IMG/VR virus record: IMGVR_UViG_3300028454_000171
Location: 2,540 to 66,539 of that record
Source: a virus
Taxonomy: Duplodnaviria > Caudoviricetes
Reading direction: 5' to 3' (one strand)
DNA length: 64,000 nucleotides
The notes below the pieces were generated by a model. That model searched no databases and was not told where the DNA came from. It saw only the letters and a list, made by a program, of their open reading frames with translations. The position numbers were made by a program, and so were the translations under genes. This document shows, piece by piece, positions 37,503 to 47,402 of the stretch. Every line of letters starts with the position of its first letter. The first letter of the stretch is position 1.

Positions 37503-37724
37503 ATGAACATAATGAAAAAGCGTCGGCTGCAAGGCGTTATTCCAACGCAGAACGAGGTCGCAAAGATTCTCGGCGTGGTGCCTTCGGCAGTCAGCAAGTG
37601 GGAACGAGGCTTGGCAAAGCCGCGAACAGACAAGCTGGTTGAGATAGCCAAGCTGTATGGCTGCACAGTTGATGAGCTTCTTATTGACGAAGCCGACGAC
37701 AATGACGATGAGGAGGGCGCATGA
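37503..37724 (+). CDS. Cro-like XRE regulator
   Basis: TQNEVAKILGVVPSAVSKWERG...IAKLYGCTVDELL. Confidence 0.88.
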   Translation: MNIMKKRRLQGVIPTQNEVAKILGVVPSAVSKWERGLAKPRTDKLVEIAKLYGCTVDELLIDEADDNDDEEGA

Positions 37725-37954
37725 TGGGAGCTTCGGATGTACTGCTTGCAGTAGCGTCAGAGCTATCCGCATTAGCCAAAAGCAATTTGCCAGAAATCCA
37801 TGAGGGGGAGGTAGTCAAGCGTGAATGGCTGGAAGATGGGAGATACTTCCGAGAAACAGTCCATGAGGGCAAGACCAGCCTTGTCTGGTATGATTTTAGG
37901 CAAAGAAAAAGCCACGATGGTGGCGAGAGGGAGTGTATAGAACCGTTGAGATAG
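37721..37954 (+). pseudogene. 5' half of a gene split by the inversion (continues in frame into 54,337-53,864 minus)
   Basis: Stop codon TAG is formed at the 12-bp junction; EPLR continues as PLRWLETLK on the other side. Confidence 0.75.
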
Positions 37955-37971
37955 TTTGCTGAATTTGCCTA
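37941..37971. other. Left inversion junction (12-bp core plus att-like arm)
   Basis: AACCGTTGAGAT is the reverse complement of 54,337-54,348; followed by arm AGTTTGCTGAATTTGCCTA. Confidence 0.85.
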
Positions 37972-38111
37972 CCATGTACTCCCGCCTCTTGATGCGGGCC
38001 AGCCGTCGCCACCGGCATGAAAACTGGCTATCAGTTGTGATGGGCAGCTTATCCACCCGCTGCCGAGTCCGTCTTTGAGCTTATAAGGAATTTTTCTTTC
38101 CCTATAATCTC

Positions 38112-38140
38112 ATCTTAGCATTTGTAGTCGTTACGGTCAA
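38112..38140 (-). promoter_or_regulatory. Variant copy of the repeated promoter
   Basis: AAAACTA-TTGACC-17-TAAGAT on the minus strand. Confidence 0.7.
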
Positions 38141-38188
38141 TAGTTTTTCGGAAATTTTTCCGAAAAGAATTCTGCAAACCTCCTTCTT

Positions 38189-38251
38189 GACCTGCCATCA
38201 TCAGAGCCGGTGGGTCAGTTCCGGCTGACCAGCCTTTCGGCTGGTTTCGGC
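38189..38251 (-). ncRNA. Type II hammerhead ribozyme HH1 (predicted cleavage between 38,227 and 38,226)
   Basis: GCC-GAAAC-stem III-GUC-stem I-CUGAUGA-U-GGC with loop I/3' tail pseudoknot. Confidence 0.92.
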
Positions 38252-38253
38252 TA

Positions 38254-38505
38254 TCAGCGGGACAGACAAGCCAACGCCTCCTTGTACCCGTGGCAATACG
38301 TGTAGTACACCGCCGCTGCTTTCCGGCTATAGCATTCGTCCAGCGGCTTCTCATAGGACTTGACGATGAACGGTGCGCCTGTCCTATCATCCCGAACGAT
38401 GCTGCGTTCTATCTTGCCATCGTCGTGGTAGACGGTCATGATGCAGTACCAGTACAAGCTGTCCCCGCGTTGGAGCTGGGTGGCCTTTTCCATTGCGTTT
38501 TCCAT
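38254..38505 (-). CDS. Small hypothetical protein upstream of HH1
   Basis: ORF ends 3 nt before the ribozyme. Confidence 0.65.
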   Translation of the reverse strand: MENAMEKATQLQRGDSLYWYCIMTVYHDDGKIERSIVRDDRTGAPFIVKSYEKPLDECYSRKAAAVYYTYCHGYKEALACLSR

Positions 38506-38525
38506 ATCATCAAGTCCTTTCTGCT

Positions 38526-38735
38526 TCAGAACAACGCAGGGTCAAAGCCCAGCGGGTATTCGCCTTCGCTCACGGGGCGGAGAATCATGTTGTACTTGCC
38601 CCATTTTTCAATCATGTCCGGGTCTGTCTTGAATGCTTCTGCATCCTGTCGGTCATCACCGAAGAACTCCCAGCAAACCGGGTGTCCATTTTCCCTAATT
38701 TCTATCCAGAACTCTTTCTTCGCTGCTTCTGTCAT
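38526..38735 (-). CDS. Small hypothetical protein
   Basis: First ORF after the promoter at 38,815. Confidence 0.65.
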   Translation of the reverse strand: MTEAAKKEFWIEIRENGHPVCWEFFGDDRQDAEAFKTDPDMIEKWGKYNMILRPVSEGEYPLGFDPALF

Positions 38736-38787
38736 GTCGTCCGACCCCTTTCGTTCCGTTCAAGTGGTTGTGATTTATCTTGTCTTC

Positions 38788-38815
38788 ATCTTAACACGCT
38801 ATCTGTATATTGCAA
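38788..38815 (-). promoter_or_regulatory. Repeated promoter TTGCAA-16-TAAGAT with extended -10
   Basis: Identical core to 40,354-40,381, 61,077-61,104 and 61,530-61,557. Confidence 0.85.
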
Positions 38816-39088
38816 TAGTTTTTCGGAAAATTTTTCAAGAAAATATACTCACAATCGCAAATGCAGACCGGTAGGCTACTGAATCGCCAAAAAGCGGGCT
38901 TCTGATACTCACTGAGAGCGTATTTACGCAGCTTGCGAAGGGGATTGTATTCGGAGGCGGCATGGAAGCTCTGAGAATCAAAAAGCCTCTGGACGCTTGA
39001 TTTGAGAGGGCTGGCACTGTGCAAAACGCGATGCCTTTTTGGGGAAAACGCGGACACAAAAAAGACCCGCATCTCTGCGGGTCTTCGC

Positions 39089-39307
39089 TCATTCTGTTGT
39101 CTCAGCTCTGTCTCGTGCCATCGTTTCAGTGATGGCCCTGACCACGAAGCCTTGCATACTTTCACCCTGCGACTCTGCATGAGCGCGAACAGCATTGCCG
39201 TTTACCTCCGCATCTTTCCGCAGACGGATCAGCAACTTATCATATGCCTTCTGCTCGTAACGGCTGGTTGCAGCCATGTGCGCCTTGCTCTGTGCCATCC
39301 CAACCAC
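39089..39307 (-). CDS. Arc/ribbon-helix-helix-like small DNA-binding protein
   Basis: YEQKAYDKLLIRLRK...HAESQGESMQGFVVRAITETM. Confidence 0.65.
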   Translation of the reverse strand: MVGMAQSKAHMAATSRYEQKAYDKLLIRLRKDAEVNGNAVRAHAESQGESMQGFVVRAITETMARDRAETTE

Positions 39308-39373
39308 ATCCTTTCTGTGCTATCATCATAACACGATAGCAACAGCAGATGCAAGGCACGACAAGCAGCCAGC

Positions 39374-39703
39374 TTACCAGCACATAGCAATGTAGCCGCC
39401 CACATTCATGCCCCTGAAGCCGACATACACAGACTTTGCAAGCCGCTTGAGCTGGGTCATCTGCTTGTCAGTCAGACAGCCATTCTTGGCATAGTACCGC
39501 TTGAAACTTGCGATGTACCCATAGCCCGCCGGAACAATGCCGTGGCGGCTGCTGGTTCTTTCAGAGGGACAGTTCATCATGGCATCAACCAGTTCCTCCT
39601 CGCTGTCGAACAACTTATCCCATGACAGCTTCTTCATGCTGATGTCAAATGCACTCACGTCTTTCATTGTGCTCATCCTTTTCATCGTGTTCAGTTGCAA
39701 CAT
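39374..39703 (-). CDS. Hypothetical protein (start uncertain)
   Basis: ORF downstream of the structured element. Confidence 0.6.
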   Translation of the reverse strand: MLQLNTMKRMSTMKDVSAFDISMKKLSWDKLFDSEEELVDAMMNCPSERTSSRHGIVPAGYGYIASFKRYYAKNGCLTDKQMTQLKRLAKSVYVGFRGMNVGGYIAMCW

Positions 39704-39726
39704 GGCTCTTGTCAGCCGTCTCGCAT

Positions 39727-39876
39727 TTTCGATTGCTAGAATGTCTTCGGTCTAGCTGCCGCGTCCTTTTCTCCAAGTGTTACCCCGGCCACCCCGGATG
39801 CTTCCTGAAAAGTACCGAAAAGCTACTGAGATCTAAGCCCAGCTTTTTCCTTTCAAAAAGCTGAGGAAAAATCAAG
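39727..39876 (-). ncRNA. Unassigned conserved structured element, copy A
   Basis: 31-nt and 25-nt blocks identical to 62,240-62,305; covarying hairpins. Confidence 0.6.
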
Positions 39877-39911
39877 TCTTTTACCCACTTACTAGGTGCC
39901 GTTGCGGTAGT

Positions 39912-39974
39912 GACCTGCCATCATCAGAGCCGGTGGGTCAGTTCCGGCTGACCAGCCTTTCGGCTGGTTTCGGC
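39912..39974 (-). ncRNA. Type II hammerhead ribozyme HH2 (predicted cleavage between 39,950 and 39,949)
   Basis: 63-nt identity with HH1; complete catalytic core. Confidence 0.92.
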
Positions 39975-39975
39975 C

Positions 39976-40302
39976 TTAGAATTCACGAATATAAGAGAGG
40001 TTCATGCTCTGGATTTCTGCTACGAATTTTGCACCTCTTGCAATTTCATCGGCTGCTTTCAAAAGCTCCTCGGTGGTAGAATCCCCGCCCATCCTGCAAA
40101 TGCTGGCAGAGGCCTCGATGTCGATGTGCGCCTTGTGGCTTTTCCAGTCTGTCTTGTCGAAGTTATTGTTCTGCATTATCTGAATGCTGATATACTCATC
40201 AGAGGTGCGCTTGTTGCTCCATCCAAGTGAGTTTTCTTCAATCTCGAAGCCGTACTCAGATGCCTTGCTGCGAATGATTTCAGCGATTTCATTTCTAGTC
40301 AT
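39976..40302 (-). CDS. Hypothetical protein upstream of HH2
   Basis: AGGAGG RBS after the repeated promoter; stop 1 nt before the ribozyme. Confidence 0.75.
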   Translation of the reverse strand: MTRNEIAEIIRSKASEYGFEIEENSLGWSNKRTSDEYISIQIMQNNNFDKTDWKSHKAHIDIEASASICRMGGDSTTEELLKAADEIARGAKFVAEIQSMNLSYIREF

Positions 40303-40339
40303 CTTGGGTTCCTCCTGTCATTCTGTTCAGGTGTTATGA

Positions 40340-40626
40340 TTTATCTTGTCTTCATCTTAACACGCTATCTGTATATTGCAATAGTTTTTACGAATTAAAT
40401 TCAATATATTTCACTAAAAGTCGTAATGTCCACGGACGAAAATTTTCTGCTCTCTGTATGCCTTCTGGTTTCCCTCTGGTCAGTTTTCCTGCGATAGCCT
40501 AAAGAAGAATATACGAAAATTATTTTTGCGCCGTAGGAGCGATATTCTCTGAGCCTTTGTGTGATAAGGGATTGCGGGCTTCGGAAAAGCGGAGAGGGGG
40601 CGGCTATGTTCACCGGGAAAACACAC
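40340..40626 (-). repeat. Repeat R, copy 2, with promoter at 40,354-40,381
   Basis: Reverse complement of the blocks in copies 1 and 3. Confidence 0.9.
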
Positions 40627-40666
40627 GAAAGCAGAAAAATGCCGAGGGCTGAAAAGCCCCCAGCAA

Positions 40667-41149
40667 CTATTTCTTCGGCTTCCAAGTCCCGATGGCTTCG
40701 ATGCCGAACAGCAGCACCGCCATATCCTCGAAAGCCCTGTCAATATACCGATAGAACGTGCGGCGGTCAACGTCGCCCAGGCGGGCGGCTATCTCCTCGA
40801 TGGTCAGCCGCTCGTCCGAAATATACCGCAGATACAAGGCATCCCATCGCATCGCCTCGTGGCGTTCCACGGCACTCTCGCACAGGGCCTTGTATGCCGA
40901 CAGCATCCTGTCCACATGGCTCATCATCAATCCTGTCTTCCGCTTCAGCGAGCATATGGCGTTGACCTCCAACGCCTCCGGCGAGACGTGGGCGTAATGG
41001 GCTTTCAGCTTGCGGTAATTCTTCATCAGGAGCTTCACGTCATGGTATCTAGCATCCAGCTCCTCCTTGACGATGCTGTCCCGCTTGGCTAACGCCTCAA
41101 CCGCCGCAATGCGGGCTATTTCCGCAATTTCTTCCTTCTGCATGGGCAT
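40667..41149 (-). CDS. Late transcriptional activator-like protein (RinA/ArpU/sigma region-4 type)
   Basis: C-terminal HTH LTIEEIAARL...RRTFYRYI; last gene of the replication module. Confidence 0.7.
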   Translation of the reverse strand: MPMQKEEIAEIARIAAVEALAKRDSIVKEELDARYHDVKLLMKNYRKLKAHYAHVSPEALEVNAICSLKRKTGLMMSHVDRMLSAYKALCESAVERHEAMRWDALYLRYISDERLTIEEIAARLGDVDRRTFYRYIDRAFEDMAVLLFGIEAIGTWKPKK

Positions 41150-41158
41150 CCTCCTTTT

Positions 41159-42538
41159 CTACCTGCATTGTCTGCACAATCTGCTTATGCGGGCTTTGAG
41201 GGCGGCAAGCAGGGCTTCCTGCATATCGCCCTTGTTCTTCAGTGCCTCCATGACCGTCTCATCCATCCCGCCCTGCACGACAAGATGGTGAATGACCACT
41301 GGATGCTCCTGCCCCTGACGGTGCAGACGCTTGTTCGCTTGTTCATACTGCTCAAGGCTCCACGTCAACCCGAACCACACGGCATGATAGCCGCCCTGCT
41401 GCAAATTCAGTCCATAGCCGCAACTGGCAGGGTGGGCGAGAAGGATGTCGATTAACCCGGCATTCCAGTCTGCCTCGTCCTGCGCTTGCGAGTAGACCCT
41501 GACCCGCAGCTTAGTTTTCGCCAGCGTATCAAGCAGCCGGTCACGGTCATGCTTGAAATCGTAAAACACGAGGGCGTGCTGCCCGTTCAACTGCTCGACC
41601 AGTTCCATGAAGGCATCCAGCTTGCAGTTGTGGACGGGGACGACCTTCCTATCCTCGCTGTAAACCGCCCCGTTGCAAAGCTGCAACAGCTTGCCCGTCA
41701 GCACCCCCGCACTGCCAGCGGTGATCGTCTCATCGTTCACTTCCAGCAGCAGCTCGCGCTCCAACTGCTCATAGGCTTTCTTCGCCTTGGCATCGAGAGC
41801 CACAGGAACCTCGTTATAAACGATGTCCGGCAAGCTGATGTAGTCGCTGGCCTTCATGCTGATGCAGATGTCGCTGATGGCCCGCTTAATCATCTCGAAG
41901 CTGCCGTCCTTCGGCTCGTAATTGAATATCGTCGTCTGGTTTCTCCTGCCGGGGACGAAGTACCTGTCGCGGTAAGCACCAAGAGTCTTGCCGAGCCGCT
42001 GACCCCCGTCCAGCAGGAAAATCTGCGCCCACAGGTCTTCCAGCCCGTTGCTTGCGGGCGTACCTGTCAGCTCCACAATGCGCCGGATGCGAGAGCGGAC
42101 AAGGCGGAGAGCCTTGAACCGCTTGCTCTGGCTGTTCTTGAACGAAGAGCTTTCATCCAGCACTACCATGTCGAAGGGCCACGAATTCTTGAAGTGCTCG
42201 ACCAGCCACTGCGTATTCTCGCGATTGATGACATACACATCAGCAGGGGTGGCAAGGGCTTTCAGCCGCTGGCTTACCGTGCCGAGGACGGGGACAATCC
42301 GCATCATCCGCAGGTGCTCCCATTTCCTCGCCTCGGCAGTCCAGGTGGCCTCGGCTACCTTCTTCGGCGCGATGATAAGCGGCTTCGATACCTCCCACCG
42401 ATTGTAGCGGAGGTCGTGGAGGGCGGTCAGCGTGATGACAGTCTTGCCGAGTCCCATATCAAGTAGCAAGCCGACTGCCGCATTGCGAATCACATAGTCA
42501 ATGCAAAACTGCTGATAGGGGTACGGCTTAAATTCCAT
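41159..42538 (-). CDS. SNF2-family helicase
   Basis: DMGLGKT, VVLDESS, LTGTP, QANKRLHRQGQ. Confidence 0.93.
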   Translation of the reverse strand: MEFKPYPYQQFCIDYVIRNAAVGLLLDMGLGKTVITLTALHDLRYNRWEVSKPLIIAPKKVAEATWTAEARKWEHLRMMRIVPVLGTVSQRLKALATPADVYVINRENTQWLVEHFKNSWPFDMVVLDESSSFKNSQSKRFKALRLVRSRIRRIVELTGTPASNGLEDLWAQIFLLDGGQRLGKTLGAYRDRYFVPGRRNQTTIFNYEPKDGSFEMIKRAISDICISMKASDYISLPDIVYNEVPVALDAKAKKAYEQLERELLLEVNDETITAGSAGVLTGKLLQLCNGAVYSEDRKVVPVHNCKLDAFMELVEQLNGQHALVFYDFKHDRDRLLDTLAKTKLRVRVYSQAQDEADWNAGLIDILLAHPASCGYGLNLQQGGYHAVWFGLTWSLEQYEQANKRLHRQGQEHPVVIHHLVVQGGMDETVMEALKNKGDMQEALLAALKARISRLCRQCR

Positions 42539-42851
42539 TTTCCATCACCGCCTTCAGCCTTCGTATGCTATCATCGTTCTCAATCTCAGCCAGCAGAGCC
42601 TTGACCTCATCTGCGCCTTTGACAACTCTCACATCAGCCCCGCGTTTCTTCAACTGCTCGACCGTGTGCCGCTGCAATTTCGTCAGGCGGCCAGTCTCGG
42701 TCTTCAGTTCCGCAAAAATCACTCTGCCCGTGGCGGTCACGATGATTCGGTCAGGGACACCCGGCGTACCGGGGCTGACGAATTTCATGCACATCCCGCC
42801 GAGCTTCTTCACGCCATCGACCAGGCGACGTTCAATCTGTTTCTCAAGCAT
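42528..42851 (-). CDS. VRR-NUC nuclease
   Basis: GTPGVPDRI...FAELK..GRLTKLQ. Confidence 0.9.
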   Translation of the reverse strand: MLEKQIERRLVDGVKKLGGMCMKFVSPGTPGVPDRIIVTATGRVIFAELKTETGRLTKLQRHTVEQLKKRGADVRVVKGADEVKALLAEIENDDSIRRLKAVMENGI

Positions 42852-42854
42852 AGC

Positions 42855-43130
42855 CTAACCTCGCCAAATCCAAAATCCCTCACGGGCAACGATGCGCGGC
42901 CCCTCGAAGCGGCGGGCATTTTTTATGCTCTGCCGCGAAAAGCCCAACTTCGCACCCTCCTCGAAAATCGTCTCGCGCAGCATCGAGCCGTGCGACTTCA
43001 GCAGCCCTTCAAGCCACTCGATTTTGTCGGCCTCAGCGGCGTATTTTTCAACCGGAATCATGGCGAAACAGCACCTCCAAATCCTTATATTACTCAATAT
43101 AGGTATATTAGGTACATTAGGCATATACAT
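42855..43130 (-). CDS. Small hypothetical protein (start probably near 43,060)
   Basis: ORF coupled to VRR-NUC. Confidence 0.45.
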   Translation of the reverse strand: MYMPNVPNIPILSNIRIWRCCFAMIPVEKYAAEADKIEWLEGLLKSHGSMLRETIFEEGAKLGFSRQSIKNARRFEGPRIVAREGFWIWRG

Positions 43131-43370
43131 TATTTACCTATATTCTCTAAAACACCTATTCTTCTATTCTATTAAGATTAAATGTTTCAATGTTTCAATA
43201 TAACTATAAGTATAGATATATCAAGGCTTCACGCCGAAACAACCCCGAAACAAGCCCTGAAACTTGATAACAAACTAGCCCGAAACAATGGGTTGAATTT
43301 CGTGCCTAAACTTAGACTTTCGTGCCTAAATTGTTCTGCAAAGTCGAAGTTTCGCCCCTTTGGAAACATC
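43085..43370 (-). other. Putative replication origin downstream of the primase gene (copy 2 of the origin-like segment)
   Basis: AT-rich tract, CGAAACAA and AACATTGAAAC repeats; homologous to 13,470-13,740. Confidence 0.65.
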
Positions 43371-43373
43371 TCA

Positions 43374-45785
43374 TCAACGCTTTCTGCGGAATCCCCTTTG
43401 GTATCCGCAGTACCCAAAGCGCAGCCCGTTCGAGGTTTTTTCCCACATCGGCATCGACCTCAATATGTCATTTATCTCAGTCGTCGTCGTGTAGGACAAA
43501 TCCTTCATCTGCCCATTCAGCACCTCGCACCATATCTCCAAGGCGCATACCCTGTCGCGGGGGACGAGGTTTTCCGCAGTCCCTTCGCCGTTCAGGAACA
43601 TACGCCTCTTTTCCAGCGACCACTTCTGCCAGTCTTCCGGCACGGGCCTCTCAAGGAACTCAGCTATCAAGCCTTCGAGGTTCCCAGCTTCGCGGTGTTC
43701 CTCCTGCACGACCTTGGCCTCGTTCTCCACGTCGCCGATAAGGTGCAGGCTCTCGCCGATGCGCCACCGCATGACAGCCTCTGCCCAAATCTGGTCGATT
43801 TCCTGATTGAGCTGCTTCCAGATGTCCTTCTTCCGCTGGAACACCCCGACATCCACAGGCCAAAACCGGCGGTTGCCTGTCCTGTCCCGCAGGAACTCGG
43901 TTGTGTTCGTCGTACCGAAGAACACGCAGCATCGTGGTATATCCTTGACGTGCCGTCCGTAGGCCGCCCTGAAGCGGTCATACCGAAGGCTCAGGAACTG
44001 CTTGATGCGGGACACATCCGTCTTGCGGAAAGCGTCCAGCTCCTGTATCTCGATAAGCCATACGCCTTGCAGCAATTCGCTGGCTTCCTTGCCCTCGAAG
44101 GTGCGGATGCCGTCGTTGAACCACCCACGGCTCATGCGGTCGAGAAAGGTGGATTTGCCGAGGCCCTGCGGCCCAGAAAGAATCAGCATCGTGTCATACT
44201 TGCAGCCGGGGGTCATGGCCCGTGCTACTGCCGCCGTAAACGCCTTTCGTGTAACGGCCCGCACGTAGTTGCTGTTCGCGGCGCCAAGGTAGTCCACCAA
44301 AATCGTGTCCAGCCTCGGAACACCGTCCCATTGCAGCCCGCTGAGGTAGTTCTTCACGTCATTGAACTTGTGCTTCTCGCTGTGGAGCGACAGGGCACCG
44401 TCAATCTTCCCGTTGCCTGTAATCTTGTAAACCTTCTCGAAATACCAGTACAGGCCCTGATTGTCATTGTCGGCCCATGCCCTGCGGCCCGCGAATGGAC
44501 TCCACGGCAATTCGCCGAGGATTTCCCCGCGCCCTGCGAACTCGTTCAATGCGAACTTGCCACGAAGGTTCGGGTCATTTTCCAGTATCAGCCAAATGTT
44601 GTCGATGGTTGCCTTGATGGCCCCGGTCTGGCTGTTCAGTTCCAGCTCCGTCGTCCAGTCCAGACTACCCTCGTCATCTTCGTGTGTGGCAAGCTGGCCG
44701 AAGTCGCTTACTGCTGATTCAGCCCGTTCCTTGGCAAGCTGCCTCGATACCTTGGCATCTGCCACAGCCAGTTCGCACATCATCTGATAAGAGGGGAGGC
44801 GGTTCGCCGGGGTGTTTGCCCCGGCATCATCATCTGCGTCCCCGAACTTGTGAAGCCTCACGAGGTCGAACGCATTGACCAGCCTTCCGCTGCAAGGGTC
44901 AGTGGAGTGGTGCGAGTAAAGGAACAGTCCATTGTCGTAAATAACGGCACCACCAGTGGTGCTGCCGCCAAGGTAGGTATATCGCCCTTGCATTCCGTCC
45001 ACCGGCGCGTAAATGCCGGGAAGGAACGTCTCCATTGCGGCATATATGTCATAAGTCCGGCAGAACGCCCCGATGATGCCAGCCTTTGTCACGGGATCTG
45101 ATTGCTTTGTCGCGAGCTTGCGATAAGCGTTTTCCGAGCCAGGGACTTGCGGCCAGTTCGTAACGTCCTTCCAGTCACCGTACCTCTCTGTGACGGCTTC
45201 GAGGAGGCCGTCCACGGACAGCATAGGCTTGTCCTCGAAGGTGAAGATGTATTCGCCGTCAGCGCAGCAGCTCGGCCAGTACATCAAGCGTGATGCCTCG
45301 AACGTGGTTGGGTCTGCGAACTCCATGCCGATAGCCGCAGCCATATATCTGGCGGCTGGCTCGTACTCGTCCGCCGATGCTGAACGGTCGAATGGCAGCA
45401 GGATGCGGAGCCGGGGAGTGGTGGGGGAGTGCTTGCGTGTGGAGTAGATGCAGTACCCGCACCCAAGTCCCTCCACACGACGCAGCACATCCTCCGTGCC
45501 TCCCGGCGGAATGTTGTCGAAGTCCAGCGTGATGAGGTCACGTCCCGTAACCGCACCGGCTTTGCGGCGGGCGCCGGAGAGGCTGCCCGCCACGAACCCG
45601 CCGATGTCCTTCTTGTCGTCCTGCTCGGACTTCTTCAGGGCAAGGTACTCAGCCATCGTCTCCGTGGAACGGCTGGGAATACGGAGCTTTTCATAGAACT
45701 CCGACAGCATCATGGTCTGCGGCTGCCAGCTTACGCTCCGGCGATTGCTGCCGACGGATAAAATGATTTTGCGGTCATGCTGCAT
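43374..45785 (-). CDS. Primase-polymerase/VapE-like SF3 helicase (virulence-associated E family)
   Basis: YSTRKH, PRLRI N-terminus; ILSGPQGLGKST; FFGTTN; RTGNRRFWP. Confidence 0.93.
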   Translation of the reverse strand: MQHDRKIILSVGSNRRSVSWQPQTMMLSEFYEKLRIPSRSTETMAEYLALKKSEQDDKKDIGGFVAGSLSGARRKAGAVTGRDLITLDFDNIPPGGTEDVLRRVEGLGCGYCIYSTRKHSPTTPRLRILLPFDRSASADEYEPAARYMAAAIGMEFADPTTFEASRLMYWPSCCADGEYIFTFEDKPMLSVDGLLEAVTERYGDWKDVTNWPQVPGSENAYRKLATKQSDPVTKAGIIGAFCRTYDIYAAMETFLPGIYAPVDGMQGRYTYLGGSTTGGAVIYDNGLFLYSHHSTDPCSGRLVNAFDLVRLHKFGDADDDAGANTPANRLPSYQMMCELAVADAKVSRQLAKERAESAVSDFGQLATHEDDEGSLDWTTELELNSQTGAIKATIDNIWLILENDPNLRGKFALNEFAGRGEILGELPWSPFAGRRAWADNDNQGLYWYFEKVYKITGNGKIDGALSLHSEKHKFNDVKNYLSGLQWDGVPRLDTILVDYLGAANSNYVRAVTRKAFTAAVARAMTPGCKYDTMLILSGPQGLGKSTFLDRMSRGWFNDGIRTFEGKEASELLQGVWLIEIQELDAFRKTDVSRIKQFLSLRYDRFRAAYGRHVKDIPRCCVFFGTTNTTEFLRDRTGNRRFWPVDVGVFQRKKDIWKQLNQEIDQIWAEAVMRWRIGESLHLIGDVENEAKVVQEEHREAGNLEGLIAEFLERPVPEDWQKWSLEKRRMFLNGEGTAENLVPRDRVCALEIWCEVLNGQMKDLSYTTTTEINDILRSMPMWEKTSNGLRFGYCGYQRGFRRKR

Positions 45786-46141
45786 TCTTCTTCCTCCCGA
45801 TTCCAGCGGTCTTTCGGAATGCCGATGCTATTGAATACCTTGATGGGGATGTTCCACGTCTTTGCCATGGCAAGCTCTTTCGCCATGCCCTCTGACACCG
45901 TGGCTCCCCATTGCCAGACTTCATCGCAATCGGCCAGGAACGCAAGCCCCGCCTCAATGCCCAGCTTCCTCTCATCAGGGTCGTTGTCATCAAGGCAGTG
46001 GGGGTAGATAAGATGCGGGGCAAATGGCGCATAGCCATGCGAGAGCGCCCACCCACAGGCGAAATAAGCACGGTCGATATTTTCCTGAACCGTATGCCTC
46101 GCATCAGCGCGATACCGCGAGCAGATATATACCTTCTTCAT
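45731..46141 (-). CDS. DUF4406-like (nucleoside deoxyribosyltransferase-like fold) protein
   Basis: KKVYICSRY, FAPHLIYP, CDEVW, SEGMAKE. Confidence 0.7.
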   Translation of the reverse strand: MKKVYICSRYRADARHTVQENIDRAYFACGWALSHGYAPFAPHLIYPHCLDDNDPDERKLGIEAGLAFLADCDEVWQWGATVSEGMAKELAMAKTWNIPIKVFNSIGIPKDRWNREEEECSMTAKSFYPSAAIAGA

Positions 46142-46383
46142 ATCTTGACTCCCTCCTCAAGCATCATAGCCATAGCATCGTTTATCATGCTGCCGAATTC
46201 CTTCAGCGGTACTTTGCCTTCCTCGTGCAGGTTCTTTATGAGCAAGGCAATCGCGAAAGCAATCTGCGGGGGATTTCCCTTGCAGGCCACGGCCATTCCT
46301 GCGCCGTGCTTGCAGGAAACAATTCCGAACTCGCTTCCCTCCATCATTTTTTTTGTCAGGTCAATCAAGTCATTCCCTGTCAT
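46138..46383 (-). CDS. Hypothetical protein
   Basis: Overlapping-stop/start operon ORF. Confidence 0.6.
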   Translation of the reverse strand: MTGNDLIDLTKKMMEGSEFGIVSCKHGAGMAVACKGNPPQIAFAIALLIKNLHEEGKVPLKEFGSMINDAMAMMLEEGVKI

Positions 46384-46834
46384 TCGTCATGGCCTCCTTC
46401 AAATCTGCTTGCAGCTTTTTCACATAATACTCGGCAATATCGTCGGCGCATTCTTGGTACTTGAGTCTGTCTTCCAGCTCTTTTTCAAGTTGCTCCTTCT
46501 GCTGTTTGCTCAAGTGCGGGAGCTTTCTGCGGAGGTAGTCGCAGATAAGTCCAGGCGCATACGAGTGTCGGTTTACGGCGTATCGCAAGGCGAAAACCAT
46601 CACCGTAAAATCTTCCGGGACTACAGGGCGAAAGTTCCACATCTTGACCGCTACGGCCTTCGTTTCTGCGGAAAGGGCACGGCTGCATTTCGTGCATTCG
46701 ACAAAGCATTCGCCCTTGCAGTCCGGCAGGTCGGGACACATCTTCTTCAGCCAGTTAGGGTGAGTATGCGGGGCCACTTCAATCAGCGTTGCCTGTCCTC
46801 CGCAGATACAGGGCTTCAATTCCTCATTATCCAT
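46370..46834 (-). CDS. Lar-like (restriction alleviation) zinc-finger protein with C-terminal extension
   Basis: ELKPCICGG...VECTKC...AVKMWN. Confidence 0.65.
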   Translation of the reverse strand: MDNEELKPCICGGQATLIEVAPHTHPNWLKKMCPDLPDCKGECFVECTKCSRALSAETKAVAVKMWNFRPVVPEDFTVMVFALRYAVNRHSYAPGLICDYLRRKLPHLSKQQKEQLEKELEDRLKYQECADDIAEYYVKKLQADLKEAMTNDRE

Positions 46835-46845
46835 CGCAGGGCCTC

Positions 46846-47121
46846 CTAAATCTTGCTGTACTCGGCTTCTCTGGCTGCAATCTTTTTCTTGGCAAAGTCC
46901 ATTGCGAGCTTGGCAAATTCCTTCACAACCTCGACATCTGATTCATTAAGGACGACGCTTTCTTCGCCATCCTTCTCATAAAATGCCAAGCTGAAAGACC
47001 CGATATTGTCTATTTCTGTTTCCACCACTGCATAAAAACCTTCCATGTGGGCTATTTTGCCACCCAGCACTTCAGCCGCCTTGATTCGTTTCTTCTGCAA
47101 TTCCAGCTCATCCGATGTCAT
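46846..47121 (-). CDS. Hypothetical protein
   Basis: Operon ORF with RBS. Confidence 0.6.
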   Translation of the reverse strand: MTSDELELQKKRIKAAEVLGGKIAHMEGFYAVVETEIDNIGSFSLAFYEKDGEESVVLNESDVEVVKEFAKLAMDFAKKKIAAREAEYSKI

Positions 47122-47402
47122 GGCTGAACCTCCTTTTTCGCTGTCTCGAACGCCATCATCAGCCTCATACTGGCGTTCACCAGATGAGGCTCGGAGCGGT
47201 CGCCCATGCGGTACAGGTTGATGTGCCGCATGGCACGGGAAAGATGCTCGTCAGCAGGTATCTGCCGCCATGTCTCGCCGGGATGCTTCACAGCTCCCTT
47301 GGTCAGCCCTTCTGCAATGGCATCAAGCCAAGCAGGGGAGGTGTAGCGGTACTCATTCGGCTCGGTATCCTGCGGGAATTCAATCTGCGTTGTCGTTGTC
47401 AT
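47118..47402 (-). CDS. dATP/dGTP diphosphohydrolase-like protein (DUF5664-like)
   Basis: GAVKHPGETWRQ...AMRHI...HLVNASMRLMM. Confidence 0.65.
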   Translation of the reverse strand: MTTTTQIEFPQDTEPNEYRYTSPAWLDAIAEGLTKGAVKHPGETWRQIPADEHLSRAMRHINLYRMGDRSEPHLVNASMRLMMAFETAKKEVQP